Shown here: piece after piece, positions 11,301 to 24,100 of the stretch
How the letters are laid out: every line of letters starts with the position of its first letter
How positions within the stretch are numbered: position 1 is the first letter of the stretch
From: Orbicella franksi
Taxonomy: Eukaryota
Length of the DNA stretch: 64,000 nucleotides
Assembly (NCBI GenBank): GCA_964199315.1
Contig: OZ116710.1
Location: 4,960,001 to 5,024,000 of the forward strand
Direction of reading: 5' to 3'
Made by a program: the position numbers and the translations under genes
Notes under the pieces: model-generated
Databases searched by the model: none
What the model saw: the letters and a program-made list of their open reading frames with translations, nothing else
What the model was told of the DNA's origin: nothing

Positions 11301-13566
11301 TCCCCAGTTTTAGCTGGAGCATATTCAGTCACGTGATGCGTTTAGACCAATCGCGCACGAGCGAAAATATTTGATGGATTATAAGCCTGTATATGCTTGC
11401 TTGGCACAACTCGTCTTTGTGACGCAGTTTTCTTCCACGGCACGGAAAGTGGCATCGATGCTCTGACTGGAGGATAGGATGGGATTTTAGTCTATCAGTT
11501 TCTGCTGATAAGTAACTTCAAAGGAGCCCAAAACATGGCAGAAAATTTAAACTGTCCTCGGATTTCGAGCGAAATGCGATCGGCTCAAGCGCACTTGATG
11601 TTTAAGTAAGCGCGGGAAAATTCAGTACAGAATAAAGAACTATCTCGACTTCTAATTCCCGCCTTGAAACTCGGTAATACTACAGGCCCATTGCAGTTTG
11701 AACAGGTTTTAGTTCCAGTGGGAATGTAAGAATAGTCCTGCATCTTTATTTCGACTAAAACGAAGCCAGACACCCTCGTGCTCTACCCTAGTTCACGGTC
11801 TTCACGGAGGTTTCGGAGTAGACAACCCGCAGATAGCATTTGCCAGTTTGCATTGGATGATACCTTGGAGTGAACAAAGACAACACAGCGTAGACAGTCC
11901 ACAGCGTAAGTATCTTGGCAACTGCACAACGCACCGCAGACAGACAATAGGCTCAACAATCGGGCGTCCTTGAAGAGACGAAGAACAGTGCAGCAGTGTT
12001 GAGTCGGATGCAAAAGATTCTGACATCGCTTACCATACCACGTCATACAGTGACCTTTCCATTAACTTCACAAAAGAAAAACTTAATCAAAAAACTGATC
12101 TATCAAAGGATGAAAGATCTAGTAATCGCACATGAATCAAAAAAATAAGGATGGCTCAGATAATTTTTAAAACAAACTTGCCTTGTCTATACGAAAACGT
12201 GTAATAAAATAATTTGCGGCAACCTTAAGATAAAATTGCCAGACTTTTCACTGACTCTGAACGGGGATTTAGAAACTCTCTGACGTGATGCAAAACTCCA
12301 GGACTTTTCCCTGACTTTGAATAAAATCTAATTTCCCCTGACTTTTCCCTTCCCGTGGCAACCCTGTTCTATATTATTTGTCCATGGACGCTGATTTGAC
12401 AGAGTAATAAGTTTCTTAGCAAACTCTTGGGTTCATCGGCGAGCATGCAAGTGGAACACTTGAGGTCGTTAAAGTAAATTAACCGCCTTACCAAGTTTGT
12501 CAAGCTTAAGTTTCGAGCGTAAGCCAAAACAACAACAACAACAACAAACAACAAACAACAACAACAACAAGAAGCAACAAATAACAACAACAACAACGGC
12601 AACAACGATCTTAAGGCCTCGTCCACACTACGCTGTGGGAATTTGAAAACACAGCCTTATTTCTACGGTTAAGCCTACTGTCCACATAGCCTGCATAGCT
12701 TGGCGGCTTTAAGCAATTTGAGTGCGCTAAGAAAGCGGCGAAGCCGCCGCGGTAACGAGCGCCAAAGAGCGGCGAAGCTGCGAGGAGCCTGGGAGAGAGC
12801 TCAAATTACTTAAACCGCCAAGCTACGCAGGCTGCCGTCCACACCAATCCGTCACGAAAATGGGACTTTTCGAAAACGCTCTTCAAACCGGAGGAATTTG
12901 AAAACGCCGGCTTTGCGTTTCGAAAACGGAGCTTTTGGAAAACGATGGCGTCACGATGATCATGTGATTTCTTTACCCGAGTTTTCCTCAAACACAAATC
13001 CCTAATGACCGGTGATTGCTGCGTTTTTCATTTCCTCCGGGGTAGTGTGGACGGGAAGCATTTGATGCGTTTTCAGAGTGAAACCTCGGTTTTCAAATTC
13101 CTCCGGCGAAGTGCACGGGGCCTAATTTCTGCTCTTTTTGATTTAGACATAGCAATTTTTTTCTTGGACAATTCCGCGATTCTGCCCTTCGTTGTTATTT
13201 CTTTTTCGTAATATTTTGCACCCTTTACCAATGCAGCAATTGCCCGCTGTATGTTTTCCCAACTGACGTTGAAAATAAATCATGGTGTAATCATTATTAC
13301 TTCAATCCGTGCATTCACCGCTCGTCCGCATAAAACCAGCTCAAAAATTCTGGAGTTGAAGTGTTTATCGTCATCTTACGCTAGGTCCTTGGTCCGCCTT
13401 CCGAGAGTGGTTCCCAGGCAACGCCGGCTATGGCAAGCTGCGGATAGTGAACTCGACCCATATCTACTGGGAACAAATCAAAACTTACGATGGTTCAGTG
13501 ACGGACAGTGTTTGGATTTCACAGGAACACCATGGACCGTTTAAACCTCTGGATGTGGAATATTAA
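5331..13566 (+). CDS. ACP7: Purple acid phosphatase, ACP7/PAPL-like metallophosphoesterase; 5'-partial, 6 exons, 311 aa seen
   Basis: Exons 5331-5486, 6470-6545, 7292-7409, 9290-9487, 10567-10772, 13385-13566, all GT-AG with consistent phases (0,1,2,2,1). Metal-ligand motifs GDMG, GDFAY, GNHE, GHRPMY, AHEHSYER are present, and the C-terminus reads ..QEHHGPFKPLDVEY*. Signal peptide and N-terminal domain exons were not found. Confidence 0.9.
6591..6886. mobile_element. MITE (AGG(G/A)TGCTTTCCATT TIR family)
   Basis: AGGATGCTTTCCATT pairs with AATGGAAAGCACCCT, and the interior has repeated TTTCCG/CGGAAA motifs. A related copy lies at about 38304-38525. Confidence 0.7.
8033..8333 (+). mobile_element. 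Full-length tRNA-derived SINE with CORE/Meta-like central domain
   Basis: A-box TGGCCTCATGGTT, B-box GGGTTCGAGCCC, central TGTGTTCTTGGGCAAGACACTT..ATGGGTACC. A 13-bp flanking duplication ACTGT(T/A)AGTTACA lies at 8020-8032 and 8334-8346. Confidence 0.8.
12527..12606. repeat. (AAC)n microsatellite, imperfect
   Basis: Directly visible. Confidence 0.95.
12615..13122. mobile_element. PIF/Harbinger-like MITE with TAA target duplication, carrying a nested MITE
   Basis: TAA|GGCCTCGTCCACACT ... AGTGCACGGGGCC|TAA. The superfamily is inferred from the TAA TSD. Confidence 0.7.
12687..12833. mobile_element. Nested MITE (TAGCCTGC..GCAGGCT family)
   Basis: TAGCCTGCATAGCTTGGCGG pairs with CCGCCAAGCTACGCAGGCT and interrupts the host GTCCACA motif. 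Related ends occur near 28385, 41620 and 51925. Confidence 0.75.
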
Positions 13567-16500
13567 ACGGCGAGAGCCTGAGAGACTCTAAAACGCTATG
13601 GCCCGTGATCTTAACAATTAAAAAAATTCGTCTTTTTTTTTTTCTTTATTGAAATATATTTGATCATTACAACAGCATCATAATGTATTAATTAAAATGT
13701 CTCTTAGTGCTGAACAGCTTGTGATGAACATTGAAATTCTGCCCACTAGTTTTCATGCATTTTTGAATTTTCTCTCGGGAGAAATTCATTTCCAGTCAGA
13801 TTCTGTATTCTTCTTAGCTATCTACCCGAAAAAATGTTTAGAGAAGATAGCATTTAACTACCATCACTCTCGAAAGTCTGCAAGGTCTACTAGAGAAGTT
13901 GATAAATTTGCGTATTTCTTAGCTTATAGGCCTGCTGAAAGGAAGTGTTTGTGAATGTTTTGCGTATCTGTATCCTTGCTTCGCATCTTCGCCGATTTGT
14001 ACAGAAATGAGGGAAGTTATGTTATAGGCGAGGAATTTCAGGTACAAGGTACATCGATAAGACTCGTGGCGAAAATCATACAGTAACAAAATTACCACAC
14101 TTCAATTTTTCTCCACTAATTATTAGTGTAATAAACATGATCACAAGTGAATTGTCTCTATTTTTTCATAACACGATTTACGACGTAATTCAAAGTATGA
14201 ATTAAGAACAGAACAGGTTGAACTATTTCAATTTGGACTTCCTGTCGTAGCTGTATTTTTGCTTTTTGTAGTAATGTTAGATAGTGGACCTAGAAGTAGT
14301 GTACAAGCGCTATTGTAATGTAGCATTAAGTATTAATTCAAAATGTTATGCACTTTTTTTCACAAATGCGTTTTTGGCAGAAAATAAATTAACACCAGCT
14401 TTTCTACTGAGTTGTTTCGTCACTTTGTTACTGAGTTTTTTTTAGTAATTTTTTATGATCTTTTTAGATCTTTCTATAATCTCTTTCGAGATCTCAAAAT
14501 ATTAGTTGACGTTTTTGAACGAAGTTAAGAGAATTTAGCAAGGTAATTTCGGTTTATCTGTCAAATGAATGGTAAATATTACTTATACACAAAAACGTGT
14601 ACGTTTAGGGGATTCAAGAACTGAGAATTAACCTTTGTAGTCCATTGGAAGTACTTGTAATCTTTCTTTTTTTTGCGGTTAATGAAGAAACTTAAAGACT
14701 GGCCTAACCCTGGAAATGTACAATGATGTTCGAGTAAAACAAGCGATTGCTGCGTTGGCGGTGTCCTCGACAGTTGTGGCGTGGAGCCTTCATATACAAA
14801 TAATAAGTCTACTGTTAGATTAACTGGCTGAATGTTATTTTACCACCTGGACTGCACAACTTTCCGTGCGATCTCTATTTAACTTAGGCCTTGTTTGTCC
14901 TTGCGACGGAAAACAGCGTTTTTTTATTTGATTAGACGCACAGTAAAACGAGCTTTAATAACTTTTTTAGCAATGTGTGTTTGCTTAAGTTGGTCCGAAG
15001 GCGACCTATTGTTCTCGTTTATTAAAGCTGTCAGAGTGTGCGATATGTAATTTATCTGCAAGTAAACCTATTCAGCGCGTTTTTGTTATGCGTTAAGTTC
15101 AAACAACGCGCTATTGTGACAAAGCTTGCGATTCAAAGGACCTCGTACGCGGTAACTGTACTCACAGTTGTTCTCGAAAGTAATTATCTAGGGCTCTTTG
15201 TTCACTTGTAAAGTGAGACGCGTATTGCTATTAAATAATAGAATCTCTTCGCGTGCGACGGCTGCCTGTATTAAAACCGTGTTTACCAAACTCCGCGCGC
15301 TTTCTGTCATAAGGAAATTATTTTTGATTTATCTGCAACGAAAACTGCTTATTAAAATTTACTCGTCTTTCTATCTCTTCGTAAAGAAACGCTACGATTT
15401 TATCTTCAACGGAAGGTGTAATAACAAATGTTGGCGTGAGCGCTCGTGAAGGTAATCTTCAGCCGAAAATTCTGTGCTAATGAAGTGTCGTTAACGCGAC
15501 AGATAACGAGCTGTTAAATATTGCAGTTTCTTCAACGTTTATGCCAACACCTAATTAAACAGTCGCGAATCGAGTTAATTAAAAGGAAGTATGAAGTGAT
15601 AAGAGTTACGCCAAGCGCAGGTCTTATAAGCTTTGCAATGATAAAATTATTTTAACTATCTGAGAGAGATTGCAATGTTTCCTTTATCAGCCCGGTGCTT
15701 GCAGTTCACTGCTGATTAACAAAAAACAACAAAATTAAAGGTGTCTTGTGTCCTTTATGAAAAGTTCAAGATAGACAAAGAAAGTACAACTTTTCTTTCG
15801 CGCTCTCGTACTTCGCTTTGTCTCCGAAGGCATTGTCCAAGCTGTTACATTTTTGAAAACAGATATTTCGCTCTAAGAGAATGAAGTGTTGTTATTGAGG
15901 CATTACCCAGTTTGGCCAGCTAAAGAACAACATTTGCACGGTTAGGCGAAAACCTTGTTCGCGATAAAGAAATGAAATCGAAATGGAGGTTGTTTGATCA
16001 CAATAACACGACTTGAGCCGCCTTCATTATCGAGCGAAACTTCTAGTATCAAAAGAAAATTCTTTGAAACACACCGTGTGCAACCACATGGCTAATAAAA
16101 ATAACAATACGTCCCAACATGCTCTCACTACAATGCGCTGTTTTCACATGTTGTAAGGTATTGTTTACGCTTTTCTTTGCGGTAACCGGTATTGTCAAGC
16201 TGCCTTTTGTTACAACTCCCCCATGATCCGCTAGTTTCTTTTTTATTCTGCGTTTACACCGTATTGTTACAACAAAACACGAAAAGCAAGGAAACTTAAT
16301 ATACATTCGAAATAATTTCTCTATGGCGCGCGCTTTAACGTTCATGACTTCATTCGATTTATTTTCGTCCCTCGATCAAGGCGTGAGATCAATTGCTTTA
16401 TGGCTGGTAAAACAAGCCAAATAAATAAGTTTCCGCCATGGAGTCATGAGCTAGGTGGGAGTTCTTGAACGCCCACGTTTCAAAACAAGAATGTTTTCAG

Positions 16501-19500
16501 TTCTGCGGTGATTAAAAAACTTGCGCAGGGTCAAAATATTTTTGCTTCTTGTTGATAACGCCAACAAAGTAAAAATTTGGGGGCTTAACTGTTTCCAGTG
16601 ACTAAAAATTAAATTCCCTGATGCGGGCGGACAAAATTTAAACTTGAACAATTTTGTGTTACCTATAAGCCGAAACGTCTTCTTGAGACTAGGGAGAGTT
16701 GTTCTTGTAGAGTCCAAAGGTTTGCATGGTAAAAAAAAGTAGTTTTGTTGTTATTGTTGATAAAGTGCATAGCAATTGAGATCTTCGCACTTTTTTTCAG
16801 TCAAGTATGAACAATACTATATTGTGATGATCCTCAGGCGTAAAGGGGTAAGCTGGGGTATTTCGATAAACAAAAACTACTTTGGAGTTAATTTGCTGGA
16901 ACCTGGTTAAAACTCTAACTAAACCACCAAACGAAACGATAAGACAAAAAAAGTTCGAACCTAAAACATTCCAATTCGAGACACATTTTAAAATTTAACG
17001 CGTGCTCTCCGTTTGCATAATTCTGTAGTATTTTTTACTGCTTTGAATTCGAACAAGAAATATTAAATGCAGTGAAATTTGCTTTTGACGGTGTTGAGTT
17101 TGAACAACTGTATAAAGTGCGACGTCATTGATTAACTGTCTCGCATGATTCTAGAATGATTTTTAACGCCTTCTCGAAGAGACGAAATGAATCTAAAATG
17201 AGAAGACCCGAGGCAATAGTTTCCATTTAAATGATTTTCACTTGGAGTTAAAGAGATCGCTGATCCTTTGGAAGCCTTTCCCCCCCTCGTTCATGCAGTT
17301 TATTTAAAATAAGTGGTACAATACCAACAATGTATACATCACGCTTTTATTTATTTTCATATTACACAGATAAGAATTATACATACTTCTTTTCAAATAT
17401 CAGCGTATTTCTGTTATGTAATAATTTGTTAGGTATTGAACAGAAAAAAATGAAACTTATACAAAAGGTTTTCCTATACAAACTTGAAATTTTACATCCT
17501 TGTCCAACAGTTTGTACCTAATAATATATAGGCTGTCCGAGTATTAGTACTATATATTTTCATTTCCCTAACAAAAGGCTGTAATTTTCCTCAAGGGATT
17601 GTCTTGAAATGACATATTTGTGGCACGTTTCTTTCTAAATAATAATCAAAAAAACGTTTATTCTTAGTTCAGTTTAGTCTGATTCTGGCAGATTTCAGAC
17701 AAGAATTAGTACAAAACTTAGTATAAGGCAAAAAAACTGATCATGTTGATATACATTAGTAGTCGAATGTCGAATATAGAACTAAGCGAAATTAATATGG
17801 GCGGGAAAACGCAGTTTACTCTTCATGGCAATCTGCAATGAAGAGAGGAAAAACTTTTAATTTGTCCGTCGTTAACGAACTTTACCTACATATTTTTACA
17901 GTACTTTTAAATACCGCGTATAGAAAAGAAAAGAAAGAGAACTGAAACAGCCTGTAGCTAACACAAGCATAAGATATCTTTCGAGAAATAAACTATGTTA
18001 ATTGCTCGGAAGTCGATGTTTTCTTCGAGAGAATTATGCTGGCTTTTCGACTAGTTCATCTTTTTCCCAAAGCTTTAATTCATTTTAAAGTTGTAAATTT
18101 TCGCGGTCACTATGTAAGTTATGTACAAGGTTGAGGTCTCTATTCGATCTCCGGTCAACAACACCTCAAAGAGCTCATTAATTTGTAAAGAGAATTTAGC
18201 AGAGTCAAGGCGACCCAATAAATCACTTTCAGTTTATACTGGGCTCTCTTGCACTGCATAACATGTGCCTTTGGTTAACTCGATAATCCTTCCTGTCAGA
18301 GTTACGGTCGTATTGATTCATCGCCAACCTCTAGTTTCGTTTTCTTCCTGCCTATCGAGGCTGGCATGCGAATCAATCGACAACTGAAGCATAAATTAAA
18401 TTGTCTTGCTCTGCCATGCGTTTGGCATGTGGGTTCGAATCTTTATAATTTACAATTTGACAAAACCTAAAGCGAGTATGGCAAGAAAGTGAAAGTGAAC
18501 TCTACTCGCTTGTTGCTAACTTAAGTATCTGAACACAAAAAACTTTGTAACCTTCCTAGGTTCTCGATCTTGATGAAATTAACTTAATGGAAGCTAGCTT
18601 ACTAGCAAACGACATAGAAGCGTTTGATCACACCGCGGTTATAAATATGCAAAAAGTGAAAAAAGAAATAAATATTTCAGGTGATCTTTCGCTTGTTTCG
18701 TACCCCGAGCGCGGGCTTGTACGTTGGGGAGAGAGGCGACGAACTTTATGTAAACACTAGTATCTACTCATTGATCACACTGAAAGAAAGTTGCACTGAG
18801 ATATTTAGAAATTGTTTTGTTCTTCGTCTTGACGTGGCCACTTGTTTTATCGCATTAAGTGAATTACAATCTTTGCATAACAATGAACTAAACAGAATGT
18901 TAGTTTGAGGCCCGAGATTAGAGTATTGTTCGAATATATAAGACGATGCAGTGGTGTCAACCTACACCCGGACCATCGACTCTATCATCACTGGCTCGCT
19001 CTGTAACTCTTTTCGAGAAAAAAAGGATTTGAGAATTGTGTTCTCGTTTCTTCGCAACATACGTATGCAGCCGTTAATGTGCATATATTAAACGAAAAAA
19101 AATTAGAATGGCGTTTTCGATTTCGCTTGAGCGATTTTAGAGCTTTCAGCCCGAGCTGCAACCTAAACCGTTACAGCAAATTGAGTGTTTGTAGCGAGGT
19201 TTATGTTGTTACTCTATATTAAGCGAGTTATTGTACCGTTTGTCAGAAAAACGTCATTATTCATTGTAAACTCGAAATTGTTCCTCATTAAACCGCATTT
19301 ATCACAAGCCCGCGTTCTTTGTACGAAACGGAAATTTGCTGCTAGGAATAATGCGAACTTCAACTAGCATAAACTGTAAAGGCGTTTAAAAGACACATTA
19401 TCACATGGTCCTAATGTACTCGTTGGCGCTAATAAACTTTACACCAACGTAAGAGGAAAAGAACTAACGAAAACATTCGAACAAATGTGATTTTCGCTCG

Positions 19501-19648
19501 CGATTAGAAAAATTCACTGAATAAAACTTGTTGCGTATGTTGACATGGCGTTTCATGGAGTCATTCGCATGATCAAGTCTCCAATTTTATACTACCACTC
19601 TATCGCTAACCCTTAAATTAAAAGGTGTGGCACAAATACATAAGAAAT

Positions 19649-20479
19649 TTAAAGCAATACCGGGACATAGGCAACTGGCCGGGACAAGTCCTGCTGGGGT
19701 TGCCAAACACGTTGTCCGTTCATTTCGGCCGTTGAAACTGTGTAGCCAGTTGACTTGGTCGGCGCGTCACTGCTTGAAGCAGTTGGACTCGATGATGAAC
19801 CACTGCTGATAGATGCGCCGCGTGTTTCGTCGACAGTGGAAATTCTCTGCTGCATTTGGGAAGGAAGTGCCGATTGGAAAGCCTGGCTGGTGTAGAGCGC
19901 TCGGTTATGGCTCATGACATCCGCGGCACGGAATGAATGCGTCGTGTCCAAGGAACTAGCGAATAGCTGGCGCGACGGTGGAGTGACTGAGTGATGACTG
20001 TTAACTGCGGTTACGTTGGGATAAATCACTGGATACCCCGGAGAAACGGAGTGATGAAACGCTGCTGCTCCGTTTATTTTGGAATACATTGGGTCCGCGG
20101 ACAAAGCCGTTGAATGAGCTATTGTTTGAGGCAATTGATTCGTTGAGAATTTATCAACCGCCATCATTGGGGCGCTGTATGGTGAAAACATCGGGGACGG
20201 CAGCTCTTTCTTCTGCAGTGATTTTGGTTTGCGTCTCTTCGGCTTGTACTTATAGTCGGGATGTTCTTGGATGTGGATTGCCTGCAGTCGTTTCGCCTCG
20301 GCCACGAACGGCTCCTTCTCCTCTTGCGAGAGCATTTTCCACTCGGCTCCGAGTCGCTTGCTGATTTCGGAGTTATGCATTCGCGGGTTTATCGCAGAGT
20401 ACTGCTTTCTCTTACCGCGACTCCACACCATAAACGCGTTCATGGGTCTCTTAATGTGTCCTTCATCTTGCTTACCCAT
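19649..20479 (-). CDS. SoxB2: SoxB-group HMG-box transcription factor (SoxB2-like; resembles cnidarian SoxB(2)/SoxBa), intronless, 276 aa
   Basis: HMG box [15 protein letters not shown]...[15 protein letters not shown]...[14 protein letters not shown] lies right after a short N-terminus, as in group B Sox proteins. Single ORF. Orthology to a specific cnidarian SoxB is from memory. Confidence 0.93.
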   Translation of the reverse strand: MGKQDEGHIKRPMNAFMVWSRGKRKQYSAINPRMHNSEISKRLGAEWKMLSQEEKEPFVAEAKRLQAIHIQEHPDYKYKPKRRKPKSLQKKELPSPMFSPYSAPMMAVDKFSTNQLPQTIAHSTALSADPMYSKINGAAAFHHSVSPGYPVIYPNVTAVNSHHSVTPPSRQLFASSLDTTHSFRAADVMSHNRALYTSQAFQSALPSQMQQRISTVDETRGASISSGSSSSPTASSSDAPTKSTGYTVSTAEMNGQRVWQPQQDLSRPVAYVPVLL

Positions 20480-20699
20480 GTTCTCTATGGTCCTCTTGGT
20501 TGTTAATCGGAATAAAGCGGTTGTCTTGACAGTCGGTGGCGGAGAGCTGTGTTGTTCACGCGAGGCTGAGTTCGGTCAAACTGGTCTCAAAGGAGCAACC
20601 TCTTTCTGTTATTTGCCTGGTTGACCGGCTCAACAGCTACAACACCTCGCAGGCGTGATTATGGCTGATGGATATAATGACATAATAGGACAATGCTAA

Positions 20700-21100
20700 T
20701 ATTTCATTTCAATAATAATACAAGAAGTAAACAATAGGTGTTAATTATTTGCGCATGAATTATGTATATTTCCGCTCTGGGCCAATCATGACGCGGGAAG
20801 GTTCGGCGGTAATTCTTGTGCCATAACTCTGAAACACGTGCGCTAAAGCGACATGGCTTTCGGTTGGCAGCCGAGAGATGATATTTGGAGAGCCGCATGA
20901 GTGTGGTCCAAGTGGGAATACTTAGCGCTGGATTAAACCGCAATGATCTCGGAGTTATTGCAAGTTTTCGGTTCTATTTGCTTTCTCATTCAAACATTAT
21001 TCTAATGATAGCGCTGCGACACCTGCGCGAGACTCGCAGGTGCGCTTTTCAAACTATTTCAATATAGTAATGTTTTCCGCTCAATGCCTTCACCACATCT
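20700..21100 (-). promoter_or_regulatory. Putative SoxB proximal promoter region
   Basis: CpG-rich stretch upstream of the ATG at 20479. It has a CCAAT box near 20783, GTGGGAA at 20912-20918 and inverted E-boxes at 21020-21025 and 21037-21042. The TSS is not determinable. Confidence 0.4.
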
Positions 21101-24100
21101 GCGGCATTCGCTATTGTTCGCTGTGCACGTGTTTCATTAAGGGCTTACCTTGCCTTTCTGTGCGTCATTGTCGCTTTTTTAAAGAGATTTACAAACTTTT
21201 CAGCTTTTCTCTATTTAATGGACTCCAAGCAGCGATTTACATAATGGAAGCAGTATTGTGCGATCCGTCTCGCGAATAATCATAGCGAACTTCGCTTCTT
21301 CGAGGTCAATTGGTTTTTATTGAACGACACAATAAACGAAAAGAGAAAGAGCTTTTCAAACTGTGGCCTAGGGGTCTTGGTGTATTGTGCTGTGGATCAA
21401 AAAACTAAGAGGGCAAAACACCGTTGAATTCAGCGTTGATTTTGCGTGCATGGGTGAGTTTTGAAGTGCAAGCGCTCTCGATACTCGGTGATTGCATTAA
21501 CTCCGAGAGAACACTGACAAATTAGATTCAATCTGCTGATAGACTTTCATATTTGCAGAGTCATTAAGAACTTGGGTTACAGTCGATTTGCACCGCTAGA
21601 TAAATATTTCCGAATTGAGAATTGGCAAATTTTATTGTGGTCATTGTGCGCTCTATTGTCTAAGCCGAAACTCTAAACATGTACTTTTCTTTAGCGTGTG
21701 TGCGACGGGAATATTAACAGAAAGCACTTTTGAAATTTTATTCGGTTTGTTGTTGTTGTTTTTTTCAGTTTTTTTTTTTTTTTTACTCCAGCGAGACTCC
21801 TACAATGTGGTCGCTTATTATTCTTTGTTTGGGGCATTTCCGTAGGATTGCAGCAGTTTTCAATCACCTTGAGAACTCTAGTGCGAAACTGTGGGAGTTT
21901 GCGTTATTATGGCCCGAGATATTGAATTGTGTTTGGAGAGTCGCTATAGTCATCGTTTGTGTTTGTTCGGGTTGATTTCCTCTCTGTTTACACTGCTAAT
22001 CAAGGGACAAAAACTGGCTTTAATTATGTTATTTGCCGCGAACGACAGCTTCAATTGTAGTTGTCACAAGAATGTAAGGAAAGGGAATTTCGCTGCAAAC
22101 TATTTCCAATTAGACAAAGTTGAAAATTTAGCTCTCCCCCGCTGTTAGTTTACCACGAAAGGACGAAAGGCAGAAAATGAATACAGCACAAAAGAAATAA
22201 AGCTTACAAAAACATCGGTCTTTGTTCTATTTTTTATCTTTTCTTTCGAATGAATTATCGACGGCAGCAACTGTCGCTTGGAAAAGCTTGCAGGAAGAAA
22301 CTTTGCCCATCCGTGAAATATCTTTGATAATTAGAAAGCAAATAACTGATAGTGCTTTTCAGGAAAAAAAAAAGCCAAATGAATGTGGGTTAACACTTTC
22401 TAAACGCGCAACTTTTAATTGGCAAAGTTGTTTTCGCTCGGGGCTGATGTTACTCGCTCGTTCGTAAATTAACGTCCTTCGCAGAAATTTCGTTTATTGC
22501 TGTAATCCCAGCGTATCGTTATGATACGTTTCCCTGGATGTGTAAATAAACCTTAACCGGCAAATTAAACCAGCTAGTGAGACAAAGATCAATGTAAGGC
22601 GATCTCTTGAGAAAAATAAACATACTGTTGAAATATCGCTTGAGGCAGCTCAAGAGAGTAGTTAAAATTACTTTGCACCTGTCCTCGTCTCGAGAAAAAC
22701 CATTTAGATCTTAAAAGGAATTTTCAAGTTCAAGATCTTCAACGCGATATTACTTAGCGAGTCAGACAAAATTTGGAGAAATAGTCTTTTTTTTTATCTG
22801 GAAAAAGTGTTCACTTTAGAGTTGTCTTTTTTGTTTGTCGGGAAAAAAACAGTTTACGTAAATTGGGTTATCACCTAAGCGTACCGCTAAAGCACTTTTC
22901 TTTTAACTTAACTGAGATCTAAAAAAACACAGTAAAACAATCTTTATTTCTTACGCGATAACTGCGAGAGAAAAGAAACTAAGATAACATTTAGCAGCGA
23001 ATTTACACTCGCACTTTGTCCAACTACTAAACCAATTTATGACTGCAAAAAATTTCGAGCAATCTTTAAAAATTATCACCTATTCGCTTAGCGGGAGTCT
23101 AGAATTTCCCGTGACCGTGTAGCTGCCCCGTTGCGGCGAAATTCCCCCCGTCTGAAACAAACCTTTCTTTAATTTTCAAAACAACGCACAATGAAAAGCC
23201 GTTGAAATGGCTATAGAGAAAAGGGCAGAAAATAAATGTTTACCCTCCATAGAATAGCAGAATACAACGATTTGTTCGCTAATACGACCATAGTTTCGGC
23301 AATTTGCATTTCTAGCAAGTGAAATTTGCCGTCCGTACAAAAGAGATGCTAATAAGGGATGTGAAAAACAGTAGGTACAGATCGTGGTTTTCAAACTAAA
23401 TTGGTAGACTGGTTTGAATTGAATGGCTAAAAATTACTCGTGTGGAATCAGCTAGTCACCGAAGTAGAAATCGCGACGGGCTTGTCGAGTGTTTCGATGA
23501 AAGCGAGAAGTAAAAGCATTGCTTTATAAAACCAAGATCGACAAGATAGAGTGGAAAATGATTTATATCAAGTAAGTTGGAGGGCGTTAGAAACATTCGC
23601 AATTACGGAAAGATGGATATTTAGAATCAGTTTCCCTTTAACTTTGAAATGTCTTTTTTTTTTTTGCGTGCAAAATGAAGAAATGTACCACGCATTTGCA
23701 ACGAGCCGACACCTGTTCCGCTCTAAAAAAAAATAACGAAATTTTTGTGGGCCATTGGGATTGAAAATCTTTCCAATTTTGATCGTATCTACTATAGATT
23801 GTTTTATTTTCTCGTTGAAACTTACCTCAGAAGAATGCACTATCTGTTGGACAAATGGGAAAATCGAAATCTCTTGTCGAATTTGAAAACGGATTTTGCG
23901 AAGACAGCAGCGGTCAATTTGGTAGCGAATGAACAACAGAAACATAGTGTACGTTTTAAAAAAAAATAAATGTATTGGCTTCCGAGAAAAGATTATCTAA
24001 AATTTCATCTCATTTGATGTTAGGCTTGCATTTTAACAATGTAATTGCTGATTTTTATCGTAGATACGTCTCTCAGTAATGTATTTCATTTTTTTGATCA

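Noticed and set aside
20089-20624. Three + strand ORFs overlapping SoxB
   Set aside because: Antisense shadows of the GC-rich SoxB coding sequence.
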